Of a stretch of 64,000 bases of DNA, positions 40,724 through 51,377 are shown in pieces. This DNA is from an uncultured Chloroflexia bacterium (GTDB taxonomy: Bacteria; Chloroflexota; Limnocylindria; Limnocylindrales; CSP1-4): NCBI GenBank assembly GCA_963748625.1, contig CAVVJT010000010.1, positions 960,001 through 1,024,000 of the forward strand, given 5' to 3'. The position numbers and the translations under genes were made by a program. The notes beneath the pieces are model-generated. The model saw only the letters and a program-made list of their open reading frames with translations, was not told the origin of the DNA and did not search any database. Numbering within the stretch: the first letter of the stretch is position 1; each line of letters starts with the position of its first letter.

Positions 40724-43126
40724 GTGCGCGTGCCGCTCCCCGGAGGGGTCCGGTGGCGCAAGGTCTGGCGTGACCTCCTCGAGCACCGGATCCGATCCGT
40801 GCTCGTCGTCCTGTCCATCGCTGTCGGCGTGATGGCGGTGGGCACGATCGCGGGCGCGAACGCCCTCCTGTCCCAGAACCTCGCCGCGGGCTTCGCGGCC
40901 ACCAAGCCCGCGTCGGCCAGCATCTTCACGACCGTCCCCTTCGACCAGGACCTCGTGGACATCGTCCGGCGCATGCCCGACGTCGCCGAGGCCCAGGGCC
41001 GCCGTTCCGCCACGGCTCGCATGGAGCTCGCCAGCGGGGACACCGTCGCGATCGCGCTGACGGCGCTCCCGGACTTCGCCGAGCAGCCGATGGACCTCGT
41101 CACGTCGGAGTCGGGCACGTGGCCACCGGCGCGTGGTGAGGTCGTCTTCGAGCGCTCGACATCGCTCCTGGTCCCGGACCTCGTGGAGGGCCAGCCGATC
41201 ACGATCCAGATCGGCCCGAACAAGACGAAGACCTTGACGGCCGGCGGCTTCGCGAGCGAGCCCGGTGCTGCGCCTGCCTACATGTTCGGCCAGGCCATCG
41301 GCTACGTCACGTTCGACACCCTCGAGGACCTGGGCTTCGACGACTCCTTCGACGAGCTCCGGATCCTGGTGGCCGACCCAGACGGCACGCGGGATCGCAA
41401 CCGGGCGGTGGCAACGGAAGTCAAGGAGCGCCTCGAGAAGGCGGGCGCCCCTGTCGCATTCATGCAGATCTCGACGCCGGGCGAGCACCCCGCGCAAGAT
41501 CTGCTGAATGCAGTGTTCATGATCCTGGGCGCGATCGGCCTCCTGAGCCTGGCCATCTCCGGGTTCCTGGTGATCAACACGATCTCGGCGATCCTGGGCC
41601 AGCAGACGCGCCAGATCGGGATCATGAAGGCGGTGGGCGCGCGCGACGGACAGATTGCCGCGATCTACTTCGGCATCGTGCTGGGCTATGCGCTCATCGC
41701 GCTGGCGGTGGCGCTGCCGGGCGGCGCGTTCGGGGCATGGGCGCTGACCAGCTTCACGGCAGGCCTGCTGAACTTCGAGGCCACGACGTTCTTCGTGGAG
41801 CCCGGGGTGATCGCGCTCGAGATCATGATCGGGCTGCTGGTGCCGATGCTGGCCGCGGCGTGGCCGGTGTACCGCGGCGTCCGGGTGACCGTGCGGGAGG
41901 CGATCTCGTCGGCCGGCATCTCGGACGGGTTCGGGCGCTCGCGTTTCGACCGCGCGCTGCAGCGGATCCGGGGCGTGTCCCGCCCGACCCTGCTGTCGAT
42001 CCGGAACACCTTCCGGCGCAAGTCCCGCCTGGCGCTGACGCTGCTCGCGCTGATGCTGGGCGGCGCCGTGTTCATGTCCGTGTTCACGCTGCGCGCGTCG
42101 CTGGTCGCGACCCTCGACGACACGCTGCGCTACTTCAACTACGACGCGCAGGTCCAGCTCACGCAGCCCGCCCGGACGAACATCCTGGTGCAGACGGCCG
42201 AGCAGGTGCCGGGCGTCGCCGCGGCCGAGCCCTGGACCATCGCGCAGGCGCAGCGGGTGCGCCCGGACGACACGACCGGCGGCAACCAGATCGTGTTCGG
42301 CCTGCCCGATGGCGCAAGCACCGTCAGCCCCGTGCTGGAGGAGGGCAGGTTCCTGGTCCCGGGCGACGGCAACGCGCTGGTGGTGACGCGCAACTTCCTC
42401 GATGACGAGCCCGACGTGAAGATCGGCGACCGGATCACGATGCGGACCGGGCCCCGCGAGGCGGAGTTCACGCTGGTGGGCATCGTCCAGTCGCCGACCC
42501 AGCGACCGTTCCTGTACGCGCCGTCGTCCGCGCTGGACACGCTCACGCGCGACGCCGGCAAGTCACAACTGCTGATGATCGTGACCGAGCAGGGCGACCC
42601 GGCGTCGCAGCGGACGGTGGGCGACGCGGTCCGGGACACGCTCGACGCGGCCGGCATGGAGGTGGCGCAGGTCCAGACGCTGTCCGAGATCCGGGCGACG
42701 GTGGACTCGCTGTACGCGGTGATGCTGCTGTTCGTCTCCGTGATGGCACTGCTGCTGGGCTTCGTGGGTGCCCTTGGCCTGGCCGGGACGATGACGATGA
42801 ACGTGGTGGAGCGCTCGCGCGAGATCGGCGTGATGCGCGCGATCGGGGCACGGGACCGCTCGGTACTGGGCGTGTTCATGACCGAGGGGCTGCTGATCGG
42901 GGCGCTCGCCTGGGGGGTGGGGGTCCTCGTGATGCTGCCGATCTCGAAGGTCCTGTCCGATGCGCTCGGGAACGCGTTCCTCGACAAGCCGCTGGCCTAC
43001 ACGCCGGCCATCGACGGGGTCGTCTACTGGTTCGTGATCGTGGCGATCCTGTCGCTCGTGGCGAGCTTCCTGCCCGCGTTCCGGGCGACGCGGCTCGCGG
43101 TGCGCGAGGTGCTGGCGTACGAATGA
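40724..43126 (+). CDS. FtsX/MacB-type ABC permease (double domain)
   Basis: QTRQIGIMKAVGA and ERSREIGVMRAIGA. Confidence 0.92.
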   Translation: MRVPLPGGVRWRKVWRDLLEHRIRSVLVVLSIAVGVMAVGTIAGANALLSQNLAAGFAATKPASASIFTTVPFDQDLVDIVRRMPDVAEAQGRRSATARMELASGDTVAIALTALPDFAEQPMDLVTSESGTWPPARGEVVFERSTSLLVPDLVEGQPITIQIGPNKTKTLTAGGFASEPGAAPAYMFGQAIGYVTFDTLEDLGFDDSFDELRILVADPDGTRDRNRAVATEVKERLEKAGAPVAFMQISTPGEHPAQDLLNAVFMILGAIGLLSLAISGFLVINTISAILGQQTRQIGIMKAVGARDGQIAAIYFGIVLGYALIALAVALPGGAFGAWALTSFTAGLLNFEATTFFVEPGVIALEIMIGLLVPMLAAAWPVYRGVRVTVREAISSAGISDGFGRSRFDRALQRIRGVSRPTLLSIRNTFRRKSRLALTLLALMLGGAVFMSVFTLRASLVATLDDTLRYFNYDAQVQLTQPARTNILVQTAEQVPGVAAAEPWTIAQAQRVRPDDTTGGNQIVFGLPDGASTVSPVLEEGRFLVPGDGNALVVTRNFLDDEPDVKIGDRITMRTGPREAEFTLVGIVQSPTQRPFLYAPSSALDTLTRDAGKSQLLMIVTEQGDPASQRTVGDAVRDTLDAAGMEVAQVQTLSEIRATVDSLYAVMLLFVSVMALLLGFVGALGLAGTMTMNVVERSREIGVMRAIGARDRSVLGVFMTEGLLIGALAWGVGVLVMLPISKVLSDALGNAFLDKPLAYTPAIDGVVYWFVIVAILSLVASFLPAFRATRLAVREVLAYE

Positions 43127-43268
43127 GCGCTCCTGACCCCGCCCGTCGCGCCCGTCGCGCCCGTCGCGGCGCCCTTCCGACTCCCCTGCCCCGCCGCGTT
43201 CGGCTCGCCCCGTCCTGTCGGTGCCACTCCGGGCATCATGCTTCCGTCACACCCATGAGGCTTCGCGC

Positions 43269-44464
43269 ATGACCGCTGCTCCCATCGCACCCGCTCCCCG
43301 CCGTGGCTCGAAGCTGCCGATCGTCGTGGGGATCGTGGTCGTCCTCGCCGTCGTGGCGGCGCTCCTGGCCGTCATGGGCGTGCTGCCAGGCGGCGGTACA
43401 GCGGCGGTCACACCCGATCCAGCGGCGTCGGTGCCGGGCGTGATCCCGGCCGACGCGAACGTGGTCGCCGAGGGCCGGGTGATCCCGGCCGTGTCCGCCG
43501 AGATCGCGGCGGCGTCGGGCGGCAAGGTGGCTGTGGTGAACGTCGAGCCGGGCGACACGGTGGCGGCGGGCGACGTCGTGCTCGAGTTCGACCACGCGAC
43601 GGCCGACCTCCAGGTCGAGTCGGCGCAGCAGGCGCTGCTGGCCTCCGTGGCGGGCGTCGCGCGTGCGCAGGCCGGGGTCGACCAGGCCCGAGGCCGGGGT
43701 CGACCAGGCGAGGGCCGGCGTGGACCAGGCCCAGGCCGGGGTCAACCAGGCGCAGGGCAGCCTGAGCGCCGCGAACGGGTCGGTCAACCAGGCGGTCGCC
43801 GCGTGGAACGCCGCGAAGGCGGCCCGCGATGCGCTGCCGAAGGGCACGCCCAATGCCTCGAAGCGCCAGGCGGACGCGCAGATCTCGCAGGCTTCGGCCG
43901 GCATCGCGGCGGCGCGCGGTCAGCGGAGCGCGGCATCGGCGGCGGTGACGGCGGCACGGGCATCGGTCGACACGGCGAAGGCGGCGGCTGGCGACGGCGC
44001 GGGCGGCCGTGGCCTCGGCGCAGGCGGCGCTCAAGGCGGCCGAGGCCGATGCGGAGCGCACGGCGATCGCGGTGCGCCAGGCCGAGGAGGCGCGCGACCA
44101 GTTGCTGCTCACCACGCCGGTCGCGGGCACCGTGCTCTCGGTGGAGCCCGCGGTGGGCGACCTCGCGCAGCCGGGCGCCGTGCTCGTGCGGGTGGCCGAC
44201 ACGTCATCGTGGCGGTTCGAGACGACCGACCTCTCCGAGACATCGATCGCTCGCGTGCGCGAGGGCTCACCGGTCAGCGTGACGGTGGACGGGCTGCCGG
44301 GCGAGGAGATCGCCGCGACCGTCGAGTCGGTGAGCGACTACGGCCTGCCGAGCCAGGGCGACATCGTGTTCCGGGTGGTGGCGGCGCCAACGGGTGAGGT
44401 GCCCGACGGGCTGCGCTGGAACATGACGGTCACGATGGACATCGAGGGCGCATCGGGGAGCTGA
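43269..44464 (+). CDS. HlyD-type membrane-fusion adaptor; two +1 frameshifts (~43690, ~43990)
   Basis: N-terminal TM, lipoyl-like halves (VEPGDTV, TPVAGTV), coiled coil with AGVDQAR heptads. Confidence 0.8.
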
Positions 44465-44546
44465 GCGCTCCGGCTCGCCCGCATGCCGGGGCGGGCCGAG
44501 TGGGCCGGGCCGGGCGGGGCAGGCTGTGCAGGCGGTGCGAGCGGTT

Positions 44547-44717
44547 TCCATTCCTGCGGGGATGGAATCGGCCAACAATCCTCGTGGTGAATAGGAATCA
44601 CCTCCGGTATGCGGGGGTCAGACGCCGAACCTCGACCTCGAGGGCTGAGCCCTGCACGCACTGCCTCGGTTCCATTCCTGCACGGATAGATCGGCCAAAT
44701 CATCCTTGTGGGGATGG
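44547..44717 (-). repeat. Palindromic intergenic element family C, copy 2
   Basis: Reverse complement aligns with 20648-20818 (44/50 identical over the first 50 nt, hand count). Confidence 0.85.
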
Positions 44718-44768
44718 AAATCGCCCTCGGGCGGCAGCGGCGGCGACCGACGGCCAGCAGGGACCAGG

Positions 44769-46367
44769 TCAGGCGGTCGGGACCGTGTCCACCGTGAGCG
44801 GGTCGAACCCGCCCGTGCGGTGGGCGACCGCATCGGCACCCAGCGCCACGGCGGCGATCCCCAGCGGCTGGTCCACGAGCGCCCCCCGGCCGCCCCGCTC
44901 GAACCCCGCAAGCGCCTCGAGGGCGGCCTCGACGCAGCGTTCGGCATGCTCGCGTGCGACGCCCCCCAGCGTCACGACCCCGCGCGACATGCGCAGCCCC
45001 TCCGCGATACCCGCCGCGGCAGCCGTCGCGCCGACGCCGTCGCGCACGGCCGCAAGCGGGCGCCGCAGCACCATGTCCACGTGCCCGGCATCGGGCAGGA
45101 CGGCCGCGACGATCGCATTCCACGTCACCGCGGCAGCGGGCGGCAAGTCAGGCTCGACGAAGGCGAGGGCGTGCTCGGGGAGGAGCGCGCGCCGCAGGGC
45201 GACCTCCGCCAGCATCCGGGCGGCGGCCGCGGGCTCGTCCACCAGCCAGTCGGGCAGGGCGCCCACGCACACGCTGTCGGCTGTGAGCCCGTCGTGCACC
45301 GCGAGCTCGACACCCAGGAGCTGCAAGGCCAGCGCGCGACCTGCCCGGGTCGCCGGGTTGGACGGCATGCCCGCCGCGAAGTCCTCGCTCACGACGAGCG
45401 GTCCCGCGGGCACAAGGACCCGGACTCCGGCCCGGCACAGCAGGCGATGGGCGAAGACGTGATCGGCGAGCGCGCGATCAGGGTGCACCCGCCCGGCGAC
45501 GATCTCGCGCATCGGATCGGAAACGATGGCGTCGATCCGCTCGAACGCGGCCACCACGGCCTGGTCCGGGGCGGCGAGGGGCTGGGCCTCAGTGAGAAGC
45601 CGGACGTACCCGCGACGGCGCGCGCCCGCCTCATCGACGTGGCGGCGCAGGACGGCGAGCGCGCGCTGGGCGCCGGTGGGGACGGGCGCGCCTGACGGGT
45701 CGTGGGCGTCGAGGCCACCGCGCGACGTGGGCGCCGCCCGCCAGGGCTCGACGAACCCGCCGATCCGGGCCACACCTTCGGCGAGCTCGCGGGCCGGGGG
45801 CACCCTGACGGCGATGACGCCCGCCCCCGCGTCGACGGCCGCGACCGCCTCATCGATCGCGTCCACGATCGCGGGCGACCCCAGCGTCATGCCCACCCAG
45901 GGCGGCGACGCGTCGCCCAGGAGGGCAATCAGCTCGCGGCGCGCGGTGCGGTTGGCATCCACCCGCTCGAGCGCGGACCGCAGGAGGCGTTCAGCGGTGT
46001 CGGTGGCGGACTTCCGGCGGGCGGGATCGGCGAGCAGCTCCGCCTCCAGGCCCAGGTCCACGTTGCCGGCCGCAATGTCGAGCGCGAGCTCCTGCGCGCC
46101 GCGATCGTACTCGTCCATCGCGAGGGCGAACGGGAGGGTGATGCCACTCGCGAGGCGCCGAGGATCGGGATCCAGGAACCGGTCGAGAACCGCAGCGGCG
46201 AGGGGATGGCCGTTGCGGTCCGTCCCGGTGACGCCGAGCATCCGCAGGACGGCCCGTTCCTGGGCGGACGTGGTTGACGCGAGCGCGGTGGTGCCCCAGT
46301 CGGCCGCGAGCGCCCGTGCACGCGCGCGCAGCTCCGCGAGCACGGTGGGATCCCCGACACCAGCCAT
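44769..46367 (-). CDS. Divergent lysine 5,6-aminomutase alpha-subunit-like TIM-barrel protein
   Basis: TTSAQERAVLRMLGVTG..HPL, AVDAGAGVIAV, GYVRL, FERID, RALAD resemble KamD. Confidence 0.65.
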   Translation of the reverse strand: MAGVGDPTVLAELRARARALAADWGTTALASTTSAQERAVLRMLGVTGTDRNGHPLAAAVLDRFLDPDPRRLASGITLPFALAMDEYDRGAQELALDIAAGNVDLGLEAELLADPARRKSATDTAERLLRSALERVDANRTARRELIALLGDASPPWVGMTLGSPAIVDAIDEAVAAVDAGAGVIAVRVPPARELAEGVARIGGFVEPWRAAPTSRGGLDAHDPSGAPVPTGAQRALAVLRRHVDEAGARRRGYVRLLTEAQPLAAPDQAVVAAFERIDAIVSDPMREIVAGRVHPDRALADHVFAHRLLCRAGVRVLVPAGPLVVSEDFAAGMPSNPATRAGRALALQLLGVELAVHDGLTADSVCVGALPDWLVDEPAAAARMLAEVALRRALLPEHALAFVEPDLPPAAAVTWNAIVAAVLPDAGHVDMVLRRPLAAVRDGVGATAAAAGIAEGLRMSRGVVTLGGVAREHAERCVEAALEALAGFERGGRGALVDQPLGIAAVALGADAVAHRTGGFDPLTVDTVPTA

Positions 46368-46427
46368 GCGCGCAGTATGCGGGGCGGCCGGGGCCCCCGC
46401 CAGCCGCGGAACGCGGAGTCGGCGGGC

Positions 46428-46493
46428 GATCGCCCGTGGCCAGGCGGTCGATCGCCCGTGGTCAGCCGGTCGATCGCCCGTGGTCAGCCGGTT
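46428..46493. repeat. 22-nt tandem repeat, three copies
   Basis: GATCGCCCGTGGYCAGSCGGTY x3. Confidence 0.85.
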
Positions 46494-46527
46494 GTCGGCC
46501 GCGGTCCGCTGGCGGTCATCGCCCGGG

Positions 46528-47316
46528 TCAGCCTGCGGCGTCGCTCCCAGGGCCGGTGCGTGCAACGTGGCCGATCCAGACATGCCCGTCGGCGAAGCGC
46601 TCGGCCTTCCAGATGGGCGCGCGCGCCTTCGTCTCGTCGATGGCGTACCGGGCGGCGTCGAACGCGGCGTCCCGGTGCGGAGCCGCTGCGACCACGAGGA
46701 TGGAGGCGTCGCCCAGCGGCACCACGCCGGTCCGGTGGACGATGGCCAGGCGGCGCACGTCGAACCGCTGCTCGATCTCGTCCGCGATCGCGCCCAGCAC
46801 CGCGAGCGCCATCGGGTCGAACGCCTCGTACTCCAGGCCTTCGACGGCGCGACCGGCATGGAGGGCCGCCTCGGCCTCCTGGCCCGGAGCCGGCGTCCCG
46901 GGCGTGATCCTCGTCCGGCCGAGGAAGACCACGACACCGCCGTCCTCGTCGGTGGCGATGCGGTCGGCCAGCTCGGCACCGAGCGCCTCGTCGAACGGCG
47001 CCTCCCGGATCTCAATGACGCGGATCCGGGGATCCGAACCGGCCTCCTCGCCGGAACCACCGCTGACCGGCGGGATGCAGGCGAGCTCGTCGCCATCAGC
47101 GAGGGGCGTCTCCGGACTCGAGTAGTCTCCGTTGACCGCGAACCGCAGCGACCGGCGACCCGACGCCAGCGCCGGATACACCTCGACCATCGCGGTCCAG
47201 GCATCCTCGACCGTCGCGCCGAGCGGGATCTCGAGCTGCACGAGCCTGGTGCCGGCGATCTCGCGCTGCATCGCGAACAGGCGGACCCGGATCCGCAACG
47301 GCGGCAGCACGCTCAC
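46528..47316 (-). CDS. moaE: MoaD-MoaE fusion (molybdopterin synthase, MoaX-like)
   Basis: VRLFA..AVNG..IPPVSGG then GGVVVFLG, LEYEAF, HRTG, APHR, APIWK. Confidence 0.9.
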   Translation of the reverse strand: MSVLPPLRIRVRLFAMQREIAGTRLVQLEIPLGATVEDAWTAMVEVYPALASGRRSLRFAVNGDYSSPETPLADGDELACIPPVSGGSGEEAGSDPRIRVIEIREAPFDEALGAELADRIATDEDGGVVVFLGRTRITPGTPAPGQEAEAALHAGRAVEGLEYEAFDPMALAVLGAIADEIEQRFDVRRLAIVHRTGVVPLGDASILVVAAAPHRDAAFDAARYAIDETKARAPIWKAERFADGHVWIGHVARTGPGSDAAG

Positions 47317-47327
47317 CCGATCACCTC

Positions 47328-48164
47328 CTAGACCAGCAGCCCGGCGCCGAAGTACAGCCCGGCGGCCACGATCGTGCCGGCCGCCACCGTGCCGACATTG
47401 ATATACAGCAACCCCGTCGCCGACTCCATCGAGCGGGTCTTCGCCGTCTGGAGCGCGGCCCAGGACACCACGAGCGGGAACACCAGGCCCACGAGGAGTC
47501 GGAGCCAGACGAACAGCGCCCAGTCGCCGAACAGCGCCCCGAACGGGCCTCCCGTCGCGCCCGGCCCGATCACCAGGCCCGTCCACAGGACGAACAGGCA
47601 GACCTGGATCGAGACGATCGCCAGCAGCGCCCGCGAGACGACGACGAGCGGCTGCTCGGGAAGCTTGGGTGTCACGAGGTACCAGTGACCCAGGATCATC
47701 GCGGCAAACACGCCACCCGTGGCGAGGGAGAGGATGCTGAGCTGGACGAGCAGCCAGGCGGCGTCCACGGGCACGCCGCCCCACGTGCACGCGCCCAGGA
47801 CCAGCGTGAGGACCCCCGCCGCCAGGCCCGCCACTCCGGGGATGCGGCCACGCCCACCTCGCGCGAGGACGACCGTCGTGACCAGCGCGAGGAGCGTGAA
47901 CGCCGCGAGGGCGGCGCGGCGGGGGGCATCGAATGCCGGATCGCTGGCCACCGGACCCACCACCACCGAGGGCAGCGCCCCGTCCGAGAGCCAGGCGAGC
48001 AGGCCGAAAGCCGCAGCCGAGAAGGCGGTGAAGGCGAGGAAGCCCTTGGTCGCCTCGGTCCGCAGCCGCGCGAGCACCACGACCGTGAACGAGCCCACGG
48101 CGAGCGCCGTGAGGACCGTCCAGTTGATCAGGGCGAGGTTCGCGGCGATCTGCTCCGAGGACAC
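47328..48164 (-). CDS. Multi-TM membrane protein with AMILGHWYL and SATGLLY motifs
   Basis: About 8 hydrophobic helices; TACACT 6 nt before GTG. Confidence 0.75.
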   Translation of the reverse strand: MSSEQIAANLALINWTVLTALAVGSFTVVVLARLRTEATKGFLAFTAFSAAAFGLLAWLSDGALPSVVVGPVASDPAFDAPRRAALAAFTLLALVTTVVLARGGRGRIPGVAGLAAGVLTLVLGACTWGGVPVDAAWLLVQLSILSLATGGVFAAMILGHWYLVTPKLPEQPLVVVSRALLAIVSIQVCLFVLWTGLVIGPGATGGPFGALFGDWALFVWLRLLVGLVFPLVVSWAALQTAKTRSMESATGLLYINVGTVAAGTIVAAGLYFGAGLLV

Positions 48165-48279
48165 CCCGGGAGTGTAGCCGCAGTCCCCCGCATCCCCGGT
48201 CCGGGCCGACCGACCGCAGGGCGGCGGCTGATAATGGCCCGGCACACGACTTGGCGCATGCCGACAGGAGGCCGCACCC

Positions 48280-49008
48280 ATGGCGATCGGACGGGACACC
48301 ACGTTCACGTGGCTCGGGCATGCCGCGGTCGAGGTCCGCACCCCCGGCGGCAGGACCGTCATCTTCGACCCGTGGTACGGCAACCCGACCAGCCCCCGCT
48401 CGGCCGACTCGGTGACAAGCTGCGACGTCCTCCTTGTGACCCACGGCCACGGTGACCACCTGGGCGATGCCCTCTCCATCGCCGCCCGGCTGCGCCCGGC
48501 CTGGCCCTGCATCCACGAGATGAGCCTGTGGCTCTCGCGCCGGCTGCCGGGCGGCGCCGACCAGGTCATGGGCATGAACAAGGGCGGCACGGTCGAGGTG
48601 GCGGGCCTGAGGGTCTCGATGGTCCCCGCGGACCACTCGGCCGGCGACTGGAACGCGGACGCCGAGACCACGCTCTACCTGGGCGAACCCGCGGGCTTCG
48701 TGGTGGAGCTGGAGAACGGGTTCCGGATCTACCACGCGGGCGACACCGCGGTGTTCGGGGACATGACGCTGATCCGCGACCTGTTCCGGCCGGACCTCGC
48801 GATGCTCCCGATCGGCGGGCACTACACGATGGATCCCGTCGGTGGCGCGCTGGCCGCGGAGCTGCTCGGCGTCGCGCACGTCCTGCCGATCCACTGGGGC
48901 ACGTTCCCGGCCCTCGCGGGCACGCCCGAAGCCCTCGCCGCGGCGATCGCGGCCCGCGGCGGATCGGCGCAGGTCATCCCATGGAGGCCCGGCGACACGG
49001 TGTCGTAG
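48280..49008 (+). CDS. Metallo-beta-lactamase-fold hydrolase (UPF0173-like)
   Basis: THGHGDH, ADHS, YHAGDT, PIHWGTF. Confidence 0.9.
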   Translation: MAIGRDTTFTWLGHAAVEVRTPGGRTVIFDPWYGNPTSPRSADSVTSCDVLLVTHGHGDHLGDALSIAARLRPAWPCIHEMSLWLSRRLPGGADQVMGMNKGGTVEVAGLRVSMVPADHSAGDWNADAETTLYLGEPAGFVVELENGFRIYHAGDTAVFGDMTLIRDLFRPDLAMLPIGGHYTMDPVGGALAAELLGVAHVLPIHWGTFPALAGTPEALAAAIAARGGSAQVIPWRPGDTVS

Positions 49009-49130
49009 CGCTGCAGCGGCGCAGGCGCACCTGCGGCGCGCGCCCGCAGCGCGCGGCCGCCGCCCGGTTCAGGGGCCCTCGGTGTGGGCCGGATCGTGCC
49101 GGACGCACGGGGCGCCTGCCTGCGCGGCGA

Positions 49131-51367
49131 TCAGCCCGGGGGCCCCGCGGTCTGCACGACCACGAGGGCATCCACGGCAACCACGCCGCCCGGTGAAGCG
49201 ATGACCGGGTTGAGGTCGATCCCGACGATCGCCGTGTCATCCACGAGCAGCCTGCCCACCTGCGCCACCAAGGCGGCGAGCGAGTCGAGGTCCACGCCCG
49301 GGCGCCCGCGGACGCCGTGCAGGAGCCGCGCCCCACGCAGGGTCTCCAGCCGCGCCAGCACCTCGGCGTCGTCGACCGGTGCGAGGAGCACGGCCACGTC
49401 GTCGAGCACCTCGGCGAGGATCCCGCCGAGGCCAACGAGCACGGCAGGGCCGAAGACCGGGTCCCGCCGCCCGCCCACGATCAGCTCCACGCCGGCCGGC
49501 GCCATCGGCTCCACGAGGAACCCGCGCACTCGGGCGCCGGCCCCGTCCGCGTTGGCGGCGAGCGTGCGGGTGGCGGCCCGGAGCCCGGCCTCGTCGGCCA
49601 CGCCCAGCACCACGCCCCCGGCCTCGGTCTTGTGGACGAGCCCCTCCGCGTCGAGCTTGACGGCCGCCGGGACCGCGCCCAGCTCCCGCCAGCCCGCGAC
49701 CACCCCGTCCGCGTCGGCGGCCCACCGATACGGGGTCACCGCGAGTCCGGCCGCGGCCAGCAACACCAGGCTCTCCCGCTCCGACAGGGCGCGGGCCGCG
49801 TGTGGGCCGCCCGCCTCGGCGGCCGCGAGGGGATCGAGCGTGCCATCGGCGCTCCACTGGACGTGGTCCGCGGCCAGCGACGGCCAGTCGGGACGACGTG
49901 GACCATCCTGGAGCCGGATGGCCCGGCGCGCCTCCCAGCGCGCGAGGCGCGCGATCGCCGCCAGGGCCTCCGTGGCGCCGCGCAGCATCGGCATGCCGCC
50001 CGCCGCATCGAGCACGGCTTTGACCTTCTCCGAGAGATCGCCCGACGTCAGCGAGATGTGGACCGGGAGGATCTCCGGCCGGTCGGCGGTCGCCTCGATC
50101 AGCGCACGGGACACGGTGGTCGCCACGTCCACCTCGGACGGCAGGTCCCGGAACGGGCTGTCGTGGACCACGGCCAGCACGTCGTATGCGCCCGACGCAG
50201 CGAGCGCCTCGAAGGCCACGCGGTAGGCCGCCCGCTCGTCATCGGCGCCCCATGGGTCGAGCGGGTTGCCGATGTAGCCCATCGTGGGCAGGCCCTCGAG
50301 GATGGCGGCCCGGGCGCCCTCGGGCACCGGCGGCAGGTCGATGCCGGTCTGGTGCGCAAGGTCGGCCACCAGCGAGGCCTCACCCGTGGAGACCGTGACC
50401 ACCCCGGTCCGCCCGAGGCCAACGCCCCGCTGCAGGCGGCCGGTGCCCGCGATCAGCTCCGCCTGCTCGATGAGCTCGTCGAGGTCGTGGCAGCGGATGA
50501 TCCCGGCCGCAGTCGAAGGCGGCATCGGTCACCCGGTCCTCACCGGCGAGGCTGCCCGAGTGCGCGATCGCCGCGGCCTGCGCCTGGGCCGACCGGCCCG
50601 ACCTTGACGGCCAGGATCGGCTTGCCCATCGCGAACGCACGGTCCGCGAGGGCCAGGAACCGCTCGGGCCGCTTGAAGCCCTCCACGAACAGCATGACCG
50701 CGTGGGTCTCAGGGTCGTCGAGGCAGTAGGCGAGGTAGTCGCACAGGTCGAGCACCACCTCGGCGCCCACGGAGACGACGCGGCTGTACCCGATGCGGGA
50801 GCCCGGAGCATGGATGAAGGCGTCGATGACGCTGCCGGACTGGGCTAGTCCCGCCACGTGGCCGCGCTTGAGCCAGGGGTTGACGTCGCTGAGGTAGATG
50901 CTCGAGTTGGTGGTCCAGTCCACCATGCCCATGCAGTTGGGGCCCAGGATCGCGAGGCCATGGCGGATGGCGATCTCGCGCACGGTCCGCTGCATCTCCG
51001 CGGCCGCCTCACCGCCCTCCACCACGCCACCACCGGGGATGATGACCGACGGGATGCCGGCGTCAGCGGCCTGCTGCGTGAACTGGGCGGCCCGCAGCGG
51101 GTTGACGGCGAGGAGCACGGTGTCCGGCCGCTCGGGCAGCGCCTCGAGCGAGGGGAAGCAGGGGGACCCGTGGACCTCGTCGTACCTGGGGTTGACGAAG
51201 TGGAGCCGCGTGGCGCTGCCCATGACCGCGAGGTTGTCGCGCACCACGGAGCCGATGTCGTTGCGGGGGCTGGCGCCGACGATGGCGATGGAGCGGGGCG
51301 CGAACAGCGGGCGGAGGTCGATGGCGGGGACGTGGGCACCGGGCCCCGTGGACGCGGGGGTGGTCAC
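49131..51367 (-). CDS. NDP-forming acyl-CoA synthetase (CoA-binding plus ATP-grasp); two +1 frameshifts (~50597, ~50511)
   Basis: GPNCMG, QSG, AHSGSLAG, NPLD, HKTEAGGV, DLNPV. Confidence 0.85.
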
Positions 51368-51377
51368 GGCTCCTCCG

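Noticed and set aside
46428-46493. Possible CRISPR array
   Set aside because: Repeats are contiguous with no spacers, and no cas genes are present.
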